Shown in pieces: positions 12,880 to 24,209 of a DNA stretch of 64,000 bases. How positions within the stretch are numbered: the first letter of the stretch is position 1; each line of letters starts with the position of its first letter. The position numbers were made by a program, and so were the translations under genes. Under the pieces are notes generated by a model that made no database searches, was not told the DNA's origin, and worked only from the letters and a program-made list of their open reading frames with translations. This DNA comes from Camelus dromedarius (lineage: Eukaryota), in contig NC_087462.1 of assembly GCF_036321535.1 (NCBI RefSeq), positions 23,932,001-23,996,000 of the forward strand, given 5' to 3'.

Positions 12880-13860
12880 TTTCTCTAAGGCTGCCTGTGA
12901 GCCGGCCCCCCACCCCCACTTCGTCTGGACTTCCAGTCCCTTCCCGGGTCACTCCCAGGGGCCCGGCAGCGGCTGCGGGTGAGGACAGAACGCTGCAAGG
13001 GAAGTCCCGGCGGCGGCCGCTCGCCCCGGGCGTGCGCCGCGGCGTCTCGGGAGCCAGAGGAGCGAGGCGGATGGGCCGGGCGAGGCCGATGGGCCGGGCG
13101 AGGCCGCGCGAGGCCGCGCGGGGCGGAGGCCCGCGGGCTTCGAGCCAGACGTGGGTGCGTCGTGCGTGCGTCGTGCGCGCACGCGCGCCCCCTCTCGCGC
13201 CGCCGCGTCTGTACCTGAGCAGCCGCCGCCGCAGGGCCAGCGTCGCGGCCTTCCCACGCGGGTCGGAGGCCATGGCGCCGCCGGGAGCCGCGCCGAAACG
13301 CGGCGCCGAGGGGTGCACGGGGGGCGGGCCCCGAGCGGCCCCGCCCACAAGCCCCGCCCCTGGGCCCCCGTCCCCGCCTCCGCGCAGGGCGCTGCTCGGG
13401 GTTCCCTTCGCCCTGCACCCGGCTGGTGCCTTTCGCGTTGGTTCCTTAATTCGTCCCGCTAACAAACGTGGCGTGCGTCCCACCCCTGCCAAGTTCTTTA
13501 GGCATCGCCGCGCGGGTGCCGTGTTTGCGCTCGCCTCGCCGAATGCGGGCGGGGAATGAACCTCGAGCCTCGCCATCCGCGCCGCTGCGGTTTTCCTGCC
13601 TGGGAGGGGACCCCCGGTGACCCTGCCGCTGCTCCCGCACCCGAGGTGCGTGCCTCTTGAGCTTCGGCAGTTCTCGCTCGGGGATTCGGGCTTAGTCCCT
13701 GAGTCGCCCTCCCCGTGCATAAAATGGGACGATGCGCCGTGATCGTTCCCTGGGCAGGTGTGACGGGCGCCCAGCCTGCTGCACAGCCGGAGCCTCGGGG
13801 CAGGTGAAGTGCAGGAGCAGGACGCGGGGCTTCCCAGCCCCTTGAAGGAGCCGCAGGAAG
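12880..13860. promoter_or_regulatory. PHYKPL: CpG-island promoter of PHYKPL
   Basis: Very high GC and CpG density around exon 1; GC boxes (GGGGCGGG ~13321, CCCCGCCCC ~13352, ~13546); NRF1-type CGCGCACGCGCG at 13176-13187. Confidence 0.9.
13215..13273 (-). CDS. PHYKPL: PHYKPL exon 1 coding part (59 nt): MASDPRGKAATLALRRRLL; 5-phosphohydroxy-L-lysine phospho-lyase, 450 aa in total
   Basis: Strong Kozak GGCGCCATGG, donor CAG|GTACAG; the 12 exons sum to 1353 nt = 450 aa + stop, the human length. Confidence 0.95.
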
Positions 13861-14379
13861 GGCAGAAGGAGGGCACAAGGCCACTGCTGGGGCCGGCGGA
13901 GGAGGTCATGGGCACGACCTCCAGGACTCCTGCTGGAATCCAGGCAGGGTGAAGCCGAGGTGTAGCAACGCTAAGAGAATCTTACAGTGCTTAGGCGGGA
14001 GGGGAATTGGAGGGACTCTGGAGCCTTACTCATGGCCAGTAAAGGGAGCGGGCTTTGCTCTCAGACACAGAGCTAAGTGTGCCTCAGAATCTGGACTCCC
14101 AACTCCAGAGAGCGAGAGGAAAAACGTGGGAAGCCGCGAGAGCAGAGAGGTATCCCCTTATGGGGCTCTCTGCCTTGGTGAACCCTAGAACAAGGGCGCG
14201 AGGTTGCAGCCTGAGCGGGGTGACTTGGGCAGGCTGGGGCAGGGGAGGCTCCTGCTGTCCCTCCTGCCACCTCTTCACGATTCTCAGCTCTTTGCTTTGC
14301 CCCCTTGTTGCTGATTTCTTCATCTTTCCCCCGTGCAAGTGTAAAATGTTTAAGGCATTTATTGAAGAACATTTGGAGT

Positions 14380-14522
14380 TTCTTTATTGTGGTAACATGT
14401 ACATAACATAAAATTTACCATTTTTAACATGTTTAAGTGTACACATTCAGTGGCATTAAGTACCTCACGTGCACCCATCACCACCATCCATCTCCAGAAC
14501 TTTTTCGTCTTTGCAAACTGAA
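14380..14522 (-). mobile_element. L1M 3' terminal fragment
   Basis: TTTATTGTGGTAA..CATAACATAAAATTTACCATTTTTAAC..TTAAGTGTAC..CAGTGGCATTAAGTAC..CATCTCCAGAACTTTTT. Confidence 0.85.
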
Positions 14523-14670
14523 TGGAGTTTCTTCCTTTAAATTATAAAGCTGAATTGAACCTTAGGTATGACTTCGTGAAAAAAAAAATCCCTCCCAAGT
14601 TGACCAAGAGAGGTTGCTTGTGACCAGCTTTAAATGCAATGTGAATGTTTGTGTATGTTTGTGTATGTGT

Positions 14671-14698
14671 TGTGTGTGTGTGTGTGTGTGTGTGTGTG
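14671..14698. repeat. (TG)14 microsatellite
   Basis: Read directly. Confidence 0.95.
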
Positions 14699-16789
14699 GC
14701 AGAGGGAGACTGAGAGTCCTGTGTGAAGCCCATCTTTGGCCCTATCTTGAGCCCAAACACAAGCCTATCTTGTGGCCCAGAGCAGCTCAGAGAAGTCAGG
14801 TTGGCACAGAGACTTCTCCTGCCTCAGGGTAGAGGGTGAGAAGGCCGCAGTCAGGCCCAGTTCACTCCCAGGATGTCCAGGGTCAGGAGGTTGGAGGTCA
14901 GACCAAGCTGGGCCATTTCCTGGGCCAAGAGTATCTCCAACAGGGGCAGGACAACTCCAGGAAGACTCCCGTTCTTCCTGTTCAGAAGAGCCCACTCTTT
15001 CCTTCCTCTGGCCCCATGCAAAGCATGCCTCTGTCCATCATGTCATGCCTGACCTTTGAGGTGCTACTGGAGGCCAAGAGGGCAGGGGGTACGAGGAAGT
15101 AGCTGAGTCAAGACTTGAAGCCAGGGCAAGCTGTTTCTCAACGCGGGTGTTACATTCTTAGATGATTTATCATTGGGCAGGACTGTCTCCTGCGTCTCAG
15201 ATGTCTGCTATCCATGGCCCTACCCACCAGTACCAGGAGTGTTCCCCCGACCATTGTGATGACTGAAAGCATCCCGTGCATTTCTAGCTGTATCCTGGGG
15301 ATGAGGAGGAAGGAGGCCTGGGCAAGCCCACTCCTCTTGGGCCTCAGTTTCATCTGCAAAAGGGGAACAGTCATCCTTGTAATTAGTTTAGCTGCCGTGG
15401 CACACGGCGGGGCTCAGTAAATGTGTTTCCTCACTTCTGGAAGGGGCTAGTGTGGGGCACAGCTGCCCTCTTGGCAGGGGGACATGAGCCCCTCAATCCC
15501 TGAAGCTCAGCTGCAAGGCAAGGTGCTCCCCAGTGTCTCAGCTGGGACCTTAGCAAGTCATTCACTCTTCTGTAGTTTCTTGACCCTACTCTAAGCTCTT
15601 AGAGTACTCTGCACTTTAAATTTTGAAGTTTGCAGACCTAAGAATACACAGCATGAGGCCACAAGAGGGCAGCAGTGAGCCATGAATGGCCCTGTCCTGC
15701 TGGATGGCACTGGAAAGGACCTCCTGGATTATCTGGGGAAGTCGGGGTACTTGTGGCTTCTACCCTCATGAGGATCTGCCTGCCAGTCACCCAGCATCAT
15801 GGCCCTGCCCACAGACTCCATGCCCTGCCAAGCAATTTCAGAGAGACAAACTGGAGGACACCCAAGAGCCTGGGTCCCGTCCTACACCTGCTACCACGTC
15901 CTGGCTGCGTATCCCTGGGCAGGGGACTTACCCCTCGGAGCCCCACTTTTCCCACATGTAAAGCAGAAATAGGGACACCAACCAAAGTGGTCTTGTCTTT
16001 CACAGGGTTGGAGAGGGGATCCGGTGAGGTTCCTGGGTGCAGGGAGGAGCAAATTACAAATTGTAGTGTGCAGTGGCTTGGTGCGGTGACGCCAGAACTC
16101 CAGAGGACACTTGGACGCCCAGTAGCCTCCATCAGTCATCACAGCCTCACCATGTTTCTCTTTCTTTTCACACTATGGCTTCCCTGGTGACCCACACGAC
16201 TTCCACTTAGTGCCAGTAACTGAGGGAAACAGAAGTGGGGGCTTTCTTTCTCCTTAGCCAGCAGGTGGCTGGGCCTCTTGCTTAGCGAGGAGGCCACATA
16301 GCGGGGTCTGGGGGGGAAACTACCCATACTACCCATAGTGTGGCCTCCTTGGGCCTCAGTCCTTGGAGGAAGAAGGCTGAGACACTGTCACTGCAGGCCT
16401 CTTCTTGTCTATACCGCCCCGGGTGTGCTCGATTTTGCCATCTGAGAAATGGGCACGTTCACTGAGTCCCTCTCTTGGGACTGTTGTAAAGACCAGCTGG
16501 GATGAGAGATGTAGAAATACGCTGTAAGACTGTGGCACTGGCTTTGTCTTGGAGTGAGGAGGAGACAGGGAACTCACGACTGTGGTCGCTTCTGGGTGCT
16601 CCACCTGTCCTAGGTTCTTCATGTGTTCCGCCCAGTTGCTTCTCCCCAGACCACAGTCTGAGTGTAAGCGTCAACGAAGTGACAGGTTGAATTTTCTAGG
16701 ACGGCTGATGCAAGATCGCCTACCCCACATTTTCTCTTTAAAATGCAATGTCAACAGTTATCCCTTGAATGAGGGTGATGAATGAGGGT

Positions 16790-17096
16790 GAACCTGTGAT
16801 CTTGGCAGAAAGTGACACCACCTGACCTCTGAGGCTTGGCCATAAAAGGTGACTGAGGTCTACCTGGGAATCTGGCAGCCATGCTGTGAGGAAGCCCAGA
16901 CCACACACACACACACACACACAGAGGTGTCCTGGCCATCGGGGGTCCCAGCTGACAGCCAGCATCAACCAGCAGGTGTGGCAAGTCTGAGCCACAACCA
17001 CCCAGCTGAGCCCATTACCCCAGAGCTGTGAGAGACAAGTAGAAAGGCTCACTGTTTTAAGGCAGAAGATTTGGGGGTGCTTTGTTATGCAGCGGT
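16790..17096 (+). mobile_element. MaLR (MLT1-type) LTR with internal (CA)11 at 16902-16923
   Basis: GGCAGCCATGCTGTGAGGAAGCCCA, CCCAGCTGACAGCCAGCATCAAC, TGTTTTAAG...TTTGTTATGCAGC. Confidence 0.8.
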
Positions 17097-17344
17097 CAGA
17101 GGCCACACAGGGGCTTGGTAATTCGGGTGGCTGGACAAGGGGGCTCAGGTGGCAGCATGGCAGGGCCGTGCCTTGAGTCTTTGTCTTCACAACGCCAAGC
17201 CCCATCTTTGCCCTGACTCTGAGCTACTTCCTCTGGTTTCTGGGGTGGCTCCGGCCCAGGGACAGTCCCCTTATCCCTCCCCACCTAGCGAAGGCCAGGC
17301 TGAAAGCTCGCTTGGTGGTGGTGCCAGGGGCAGTCTGCAAGGAC

Positions 17345-18403
17345 AGGCACACCCAGACGCACATCTGTGGTTTACTACACGCAACAGTATCTGTCTACAC
17401 AGGGGGCAGGCAAGTGGCCGGGTCAGAGGTGGTGGCTGGGAACCCTTGTCAGAGGTGGGGCAGCCGCTTCTCAGAGGGTCACTAGCTCGGGTCACAGGCC
17501 CCCTACTCAGGCCTGCCTGGAGCCAGCCCTGAGGCTCTCTTCATCTGCACACTCATTTTTGGCCAGAGTTCCCCTGGCTGGGAGACTTGGGGCCAGTGAG
17601 ACCCAAACTCTGAGCTGGAGGTCCATCTCATCAGTCCCATCATGTCCCTGCTCTGGAGGGGCGTGGAGATAGACAGGAAGCGGCAGACACCCAGCCTGGG
17701 ACCTGCTGCCCTCCACACTCGGGGATCATAGGGCTCCCCGCAGCTGGGTCCACACGGTGGCGATCATAGTGCTGGGCCTCTCCTCCTGGACACAGGATGC
17801 TTGTCCTCACGGCAGGCAGGCTGCTTCCTGAGGCCTGCGGAACTCGGTGGGAGCTCCACCTGCTTGGGGTGCTTCCCACAGCTCCCAGTGTCCGGCTGCA
17901 AGTGCTGGGCATGAGTCCTGCCCTGCTCTGATGAATCAGGGCCCAGGCGGTGGGCCCAAGGGATGGGCAGCTGGCTGTGGCTGAGTGCCGAGGCCAGAGA
18001 CGCCTGGAGCAGCTGCCTTGGCCATCCGTGCCCTGAGCCTTTTTGGATGGGGTGGGCCCTGGGCAGCAGGACAGCCAGAGTCTCTGCTGATCAGGTGACT
18101 GAAGGCCTAACCTGGCCGGCGTCTTTGCAACCTCTCCTGGGCCCGGATCCTTCCCGGGAAAGCCAAGTCCCGCAGGTGGCCCTCAAGTACGTCGTGCCCC
18201 CACTGGGCCTGTCCATGTTCCCACCAGCTTCACATGCTGAGCGTTCTGGGGCTGGGCCGGGCACACTCTCAAATGTTAAAAGGCCACAGGGATGGTGGTA
18301 CAGCCCGTGAAAAAAAAGATCAATATATTACTGTTTTGTTTTTACAAAAATTAAAAATGTCCACACGGATCTGTACAGGTTGTCAGCTGTGTGCTGGGGA
18401 TCA
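17345..18403 (-). other. COL23A1: COL23A1 terminal exon 29: TGA stop (18403-18401) plus ~1.05 kb 3'UTR
   Basis: Acceptor TTTCCCTCCTTTTCCAG|TGA; the following sequence (CCTGTACAGATCCGTGTGGACATTTTTAATTTTTGTAAAAACAAAACAG) matches the recalled human 3'UTR. The 3' end is estimated from AGTAAA at 17376-17371. Confidence 0.8.
17371..17376 (-). terminator. COL23A1: Candidate non-canonical poly(A) signal AGTAAA of COL23A1
   Basis: Only poly(A)-like hexamer I found at the expected UTR length; followed by GU-rich TGTGCGTCTGGGTGTGCCTGT. Confidence 0.5.
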
Positions 18404-18837
18404 CTGGAAAAGGAGGGAAAAGTGAAGGTGAGGCGGCGCAGGGAGGCCCCGGAGGCCCTGCCCTGGGCCGAGCTCTCCCCACCCTGCCCACTTCCTCAGG
18501 AACAGGTGCGCACTGAATCCCTTCCTCCCAGCCTCCTGGATTCCACCCCCTCTGGGGGGTGGGGTTTAGACAGAGCCTCAGCGGGTGCTGATGGCTTTGC
18601 AATGGCTGGGCAAGGAGCTGAGTGAGCCCTGAGTGACCCACAGGCTGGGCTGTGCACAATCACCCAGGACCACAGCCACAGGCCCTGGGCCCCAAGACAG
18701 GAGAGTCACAACTAGAATCATCCAGGGAGACCTGGCTGTTCGGTCGCAGCCTGGGGAGCGGCAGACACCCAGCCCCGGGGGCCCCTTTGGTCCCAGCTTC
18801 TCCCAGCCTGCCCTGGACACTCTTTCCAGCAAGGTAC

Positions 18838-18876
18838 CTTATGCCAGCAGCCAGGCACGGGCAGCCCGTCGGGGCC
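18838..18876 (-). CDS. COL23A1: COL23A1 exon 28 (39 nt): GPDGLPVPGCWHK
   Basis: TCCAG| acceptor, |GTACCT donor; conserved MACIT-collagen C-terminal NC domain. Confidence 0.97.
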
Positions 18877-19740
18877 CTGGAAAGGAAGAAGGTTTCAGTG
18901 ACAGGGATGGGGGCTGGTCAGATTTCTGTGCTCCACACACTCCTGCCCCGGGCGTTGGGAGCTGCAGCCCTGGGAATTGCCATGTGAGGCCACTGGACCC
19001 ACTGAGGCAGGGCCCGATGCCTGCCCTGTCCAGCTTGTGGAGAGTCACAGGGCACAACAGCCCTCACTGTCCTCGTTCCAAGTGCACCCTCGTGGGCTTT
19101 GCTGGGACATGGGTGCTGTGGGCAGAACCAGGACACTGCGGAGTACTGGGCATCGTGCAGGACGTCTGTGGGCTGGAAGCAGGGCCTGGCCCCGGCCCTA
19201 CCCAGGGGCTGCATGGCTTTGCTGCCTGGCAGCTGTGACAGTGGCTCTGCTCCTCACACTGGGGACCTAAGAGCCTTCAGGATGTGTTTGAGGACAGTCC
19301 AGGAAGTGGGATTCCCCTCTGGCCTGTCCTGGTCCCTGTGTCTGGATCCGAGTGGCAGACAGGGTAGGCTGAGCTCAGGGTGGAAGCTGGGCTGGGGTGG
19401 GGAGGTGTGTGTGGGCAGGTTGGAGTGGGGACTGTCACAGGCAGGGGGGTGGGTTTTCTCAGACGGCCCGGAGGTGGGGAGCCAGAGAGGGACAAAGGCA
19501 GACCCGTCGTCAGTCAGCCTAGCATCCCTGCGGGATGCTGTGGTGGACAACAGTTCACTCCATTCGGAAGCACACGGGCAGACGCCAGACACCAGACACG
19601 GGGACCATGCCCCCCAGAACTCCAGTGCATCCACCGGGGACACAGGCTGGGACCTAACAGGAAGTGGGGGGAGGGGCAGAAATGGAAAGGAAGGCGGGAT
19701 GGAGGAAGGTGGGCCAGGGCAGCGGGCACAGGCCTCCCAG

Positions 19741-19793
19741 AGCACACAGCACAGCGCACAGCACAGCACAGCACACCACACAGCACACCGCAG
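19741..19793. repeat. Degenerate (CAGCA)n pentamer repeat
   Basis: AGCACACAGCACAGCGCACAGCACAGCACAGCACACCACACAGCAC. Confidence 0.85.
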
Positions 19794-20815
19794 GCCAGAC
19801 CGCGTACCGCAGGGCAGGGCCCGCTGCCCCTCGCCAGGCCCCTGGAGCCCGGCGCCCCGCGCCTGCCTCCGCATTTAGGATTCTCCTGTTTCAAAGACAA
19901 AGGCTTAATGACTCAGAGGGAAGTCTTGGCCCAGGGCCTGAGCTGCGAGGCTGGGCCACCCGATCTGTCTGCTATCCCTGGCCCTCTCAGTGTGTGCCTT
20001 TCCTCCTCAAAACCATCTGGAGGTAGGGTTTAACATACCCACTGCACGGATGAGGAGACTGAGGAATGGAGGACTAAACTAACCCACCCAAGGTCAGGGG
20101 GCTGGGCCTCTGGGGTCCCCGGCCCTGACCCCCTTTGGAAGGGGGCCATACACATCATGGCAGGAGGCTCCTCTCTCCATGCCCCTGGCTGTGGTGGTCG
20201 GATGTGAGTATCTAGTCAGTTTCAGTATGGAAACTCAGCTGTTTTGTTTCTCCTGACTTTTCCGAGTTCCACTGGAGGAGTCTGACAGCTAAACCCTCCC
20301 TGCCTTCTAGAAAAAGAGAACTGAACTTTGATGATTTCAGGCACTGGGTCTGGTGAGCCATCAAAGGATGTTGTAAAAAAGCAGGGAAAGAAAGGCTGTG
20401 GAGGCAAGGGGTTCTGGGGCACGTGGAGGAGATGCAGGGGTGGGTGTGGGGCTGCCCAGACGGGCAGAAGCCTCCTCTGGGACAGGACAGACTCCCAGAG
20501 AGGTGAGGGCGGTCCCACCCCACTTCACGCCTGAGGAAGATGAGTAAAGAGGAGCAGTGACCTGGCCGGGCCTCCATCTCTGTAGAGGGGTCCCCAAGCC
20601 GTGCCCATGGAGGGGTCAAGCCCAGGGCAAGGGGCGCATCCACGACTGCAGAGACAGAAGGGGTGGCCCCAGCAGTGTGGGCATCCCGGGGCGGGGCCCG
20701 TGGGACCTCAGGGACTTGCAACTGAGCTCTGAGGACAGGGAAGGCGGGCGCCCCACCCTGGCAGGAGGCGGCGGCGAAGACCTGGGTTGGGGTCCCACCC
20801 TGCACTAACACATAC

Positions 20816-20902
20816 CACAGGACACGGCTGGTCCAGGCCTGGGGGTCCTGGCTCGCCCTTCTGGCCTTTCATTCCTTTCCGACCGGGGACGCCGCGCTCC
20901 CC
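20816..20902 (-). CDS. COL23A1: COL23A1 exon 27 (87 nt): GERGVPGRKGMKGQKGEPGPPGLDQPCPV
   Basis: CACAG|...|GTATGT; Gly-X-Y repeat; phase 0. Confidence 0.97.
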
Positions 20903-21193
20903 CTGTGCACGAAGGGAGATGGGGGATGTTCCTGGCTGCCAAGCCCAGGGCACCTCCAAGGCCTCTCAGAGAGATGGGCCTGGGGGTCCGGCAGCCACCC
21001 CTGCCCTGCTGCCTCATCCCAGCCTCCCTGCTCCTCCTCCTCCCCCCATCCCACCTTCTGTCTGCCTGCTTCCTGCCTCCTGTGTCCTTTCCTTCCCACC
21101 TGCCCCTCCTTCTCTTCGCTGGCCACCCTCCCTCTGTCCTCCTGTCCCCACCTCCTCTCCAGCTGCCCCCCACCTTCTCTCTGCTTCCCCCAC

Positions 21194-21247
21194 CTTCTCT
21201 CCACGCTCGCTCTGGTCGCCTTTCTCTCCTCGGGGTCCAGGGAAACC
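21194..21247 (-). CDS. COL23A1: COL23A1 exon 26 (54 nt): GFPGPRGEKGDQSERGEK
   Basis: GTCAG|...|GTGGGG; contains the Ser-for-Gly imperfection also recalled in human (GDRSERGEK). Confidence 0.95.
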
Positions 21248-21744
21248 CTGACAAAAGGATGGAAAGTTAAACGTGCAAGCGAGGTTTGCGGTTCATCTCT
21301 GCCCCTTCCCTCCATGCACATTCGTGGTACAAGCTGGCCCGGCCCCAGCTCCCAGGTGGCACAGAGGCTGGGTACAGGGCTGATTTAGAGAAAAGCGTGC
21401 GTTTGGGACACCAGCACCGTGTCCTCTGAAAGGAGAACTGCTGGCGTTTCTGGAGGGAAGCTCTCAGGCAGAACAGCTACCAAGGGCTTTCTCTAAGGTC
21501 CAGTGCAGCAGGCACTGGCCCAGGCTTGGCTGGGGACATAGACCCAGGAAACTCACGGACGTTTGTGTCACCCTCTTCAGCAGATCAAGAAATGGTGACC
21601 TCTGTTCTCTGCCCTTGGCTGAAAATCTTGTCCACCCACCCATCCATTTGTCCATCTGTCCATGTACCCAACCATTTCTAAGCATCCACTAGGAACTGGG
21701 CTGCGGGCTGAACGCTGGGGCCAGAAAAACAGATTTGACGTGTT

Positions 21745-22200
21745 CCCTCTTGTGTTCTTTTCGTAGTTTACTTTCTATATTTTACGATGTATTAATATCC
21801 TTGAAATTTTGCTGGCCGGGGAGAGCCTGCCTCCCCCAGGGCTAGCCAATTCTTAGGGAGAGCAAAGGGTGAGTCTGGGAGCATGGCTTTCAGAAGCAGA
21901 CCAGCCGGTCCCCCAACCCGCCCCTTTAACTCTCACACACTGAGTCAGCGATTCCCCCACCCCAAATCATCCAGGGCCAGGGAGCAGGCAACGGGAGAAC
22001 ACCCCCATCACCCGAAGCCTGCCAGGATTATTCAGACTAGCCAGCCCCAAACCGTTTACCCGCCCTGCCCTGCCTTGCCCGTGGAAACCCCAATAAAAGC
22101 CCTGGCCTAGGCTTTTCCCTCAGTCCTTTCTGCCTCCCGACCAAACCTGGTGCTTCTCCACGTGGCCCTGTACTGCAGAGACAAGAGAGGGTGAGAGGTT
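21745..22200 (+). mobile_element. ERVL-class solo LTR (MER54/MER73/MER74-like)
   Basis: GCTAGCCAATTCTTAG, CCAGGGCCAGG, ATTATTCAGACTAGCCA, GGAAACCCCAATAAAAG (AATAAA 22092-22097); antisense to COL23A1. Subfamily uncertain. Confidence 0.7.
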
Positions 22201-22439
22201 CGGCTGCGCTGACACATCTGAGCCCTGGGTTGGGATTTTTCAGTTATGAGTCAGTTTAAACCAGTTTAAATTGGGTTTTCTGTCTCTTGCAACCAAAAGA
22301 CACTTGACCCAATCAGTGCTCAGTTCATACTTCTCTTCCTCTCCTTCCCATAATGCTGCCCTAGCTGAAGCCTCGTCACTTCTCACCAGGATGTTTCAAC
22401 AGGCTCCTCACTGCTCTTCCCGCCCCCCTGCTCCAATGG

Positions 22440-22675
22440 GCCATCCATCCATCCTCCATCCATCTATTCATTTATTATTCATCTATCCACCATCCATCAT
22501 TCGTGTATCCACCTATCAATCATTCGTCTGTTGTCCATCCATCCATCCTTCATCCACCCATCCTCCGTCCATCCTCTACCATCCTCCACCCATTAACTAT
22601 TCATCTATCATTCATCCATCTGTCCATCCATCATCCACCCACCCATCCTCCATCCTCTATCTATCATCCATCTAT
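22440..22675. repeat. Degenerate (CCAT/TCAT)n tract, next to an L2 tail
   Basis: CCATCCATCCATCCTCCATCCAT... over ~235 nt. Confidence 0.9.
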
Positions 22676-22854
22676 CAATAAAGCACCTTCCCTGGGCTGT
22701 GCATTGGACACAGCACTGGGGACACAGAGGGGACCCATCACTTGTCGTCCCAGCCATGGGGAAAGCCAACCAGACCAGATTACTGTGTGGGCAGTATGGG
22801 GACAAACGCGACACAAGGGAGGGGCCTGGTCATGGTGAACGCTGAGGTACTCAC

Positions 22855-22881
22855 ATCGAGTCCTGGCTCCCCGGGCCTGCC
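22855..22881 (-). CDS. COL23A1: COL23A1 exon 25 (27 nt): GRPGEPGLD
   Basis: CTCAG|...|GTGAGT; phase 0. Confidence 0.95.
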
Positions 22882-23087
22882 CTGAGGGAAGACAAAGAGG
22901 AGATGTGAGGGGGCCGAGGAGGGGGCGCTGGGAGAAGAGCTGCTGGCAAGCTCGGTCCAGTGGCTGGTCCACAGAACCTGAAGTCTGGCCTTGGGGACCA
23001 GCAGAGCGCAGGGGTTGTGCCCCCCGGGCTGAGTGACACCACAGGCATGGAGCCACATTCGGGGGAGCATTAAAGGAAGCCGGTTAC

Positions 23088-23141
23088 CTTCTCTCCTTTG
23101 GTTCCTGGCAGCCCAATGAGGCCTGGCGGGCCAGCCGGCCC
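23088..23141 (-). CDS. COL23A1: COL23A1 exon 24 (54 nt): GPAGPPGLIGLPGTKGEK
   Basis: CCCAG|...|GTAACC; phase 0. Confidence 0.96.
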
Positions 23142-23224
23142 CTGGGGGGAAAGGAGTGCGTTAAGAGGCATGACAGTCACAGAGATTAGCACCTCGAAGG
23201 ACAAATAAGGCTCATGACACTCAC

Positions 23225-23287
23225 AGGCAGGCCGCTGGGGCCTCTCTCGCCCGACGCGCCCTTCTCTCCCTTTGCTCCGTCCAAGCC
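23225..23287 (-). CDS. COL23A1: COL23A1 exon 23 (63 nt): GLDGAKGEKGASGERGPSGLP
   Basis: CCCAG|...|GTGAGT; 83-nt intron to exon 24. Confidence 0.96.
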
Positions 23288-24209
23288 CTGGGAGTAAAGG
23301 GGAGACATCAGTTAGGGGGCCAGATAGACGGCAGGACAGGGGGTTTGGGGCCTGAGTGGGAACCGAAGTGTGCAGGTCAGAGGGGCAGACTCCTTCCTGT
23401 GCCAACAATCGGGAAGAGCTGCGGGTGTGTGGACTTTCCAGTTTCCCACACACGGGCTCCCTCAGTAACCGTGGAAGGCCGCTGTAGTCACACCCACTTC
23501 ACAGATGAGGAAAGAGAGGCACAGGGACCGGCAGGGACGGGCCCAGCCACACAGCCAGCAAGTGGCAGGGCTGAGTAGCAACTGGGATTCTGAGCCCCAG
23601 GCTTGGACCCCGTCCCTGCCAGCAGCTGCCTCTTCTGAACATGATCTGGGGAGGCCTCGGGACAAAACAGAACCAGAAGCAGCACATCTGGTCAGGCCAC
23701 ATGCTCAGCCCCACTGGGCTCTGGGATTCCATGACTCTGAGGCCCCCTTCCGCGTCCGAGCTGGGGAGGCAGAGATGTGCCCTCCCCCAGGGTAAACGTG
23801 AGGGATGCAGTGAGCCCAGCTGGCTTCCCCGCGACAGGGCACATGGGCAGGCCACACTCAAGGTTTTAATTTAAGAGTAGAAGACATGGCATTATGTAAT
23901 ACACGCCGAACCCAAGACTTTACATCCAGGCTGCGGGCACTTGGGAGACAGATGTGCACGTGGGGGGGCGGGGGGGGAGGGAGCAAGGAATGGAGATGTC
24001 AAGTGTGGGGTCTGGGGAGTCCCAGCTCTGAGGACATCAGGGAGGTTATTCCACAGGCGACTGGGAATGGTCAGGCCCCGGGAAGGCGCAGGGCTGGTCT
24101 GGGGCCAGTGTGGGGCCCTGACTTTGCTTACTAGCAAGACTTTTTGGAACCGTCTAGGCCGTGAGCCTGCAGAGAGTAGGGGGGTTCTCATCCACGCTCC
24201 AAAACTTAC

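Noticed and set aside
12767-13915. 382-aa minus-strand ORF and overlapping ORFs across the PHYKPL promoter
   Set aside because: Stop-poor CpG-island artefact; only 13215-13273 is coding, bounded by a Kozak ATG and a GT donor.
19808-19862. CpG-rich, Gly-containing minus-strand stretch in intron 27 with AG/GT ends
   Set aside because: Purine-rich acceptor context and no regular Gly-X-Y; no paralogue match recalled.
22440-22675. Dense YCAY clusters (also 39450-39735 and ~21640-21690) suggesting NOVA-regulated exons
   Set aside because: They are on the + strand, antisense to COL23A1, so the pre-mRNA reads AUGG/AUGA; best explained as L2-tail-derived simple repeats.
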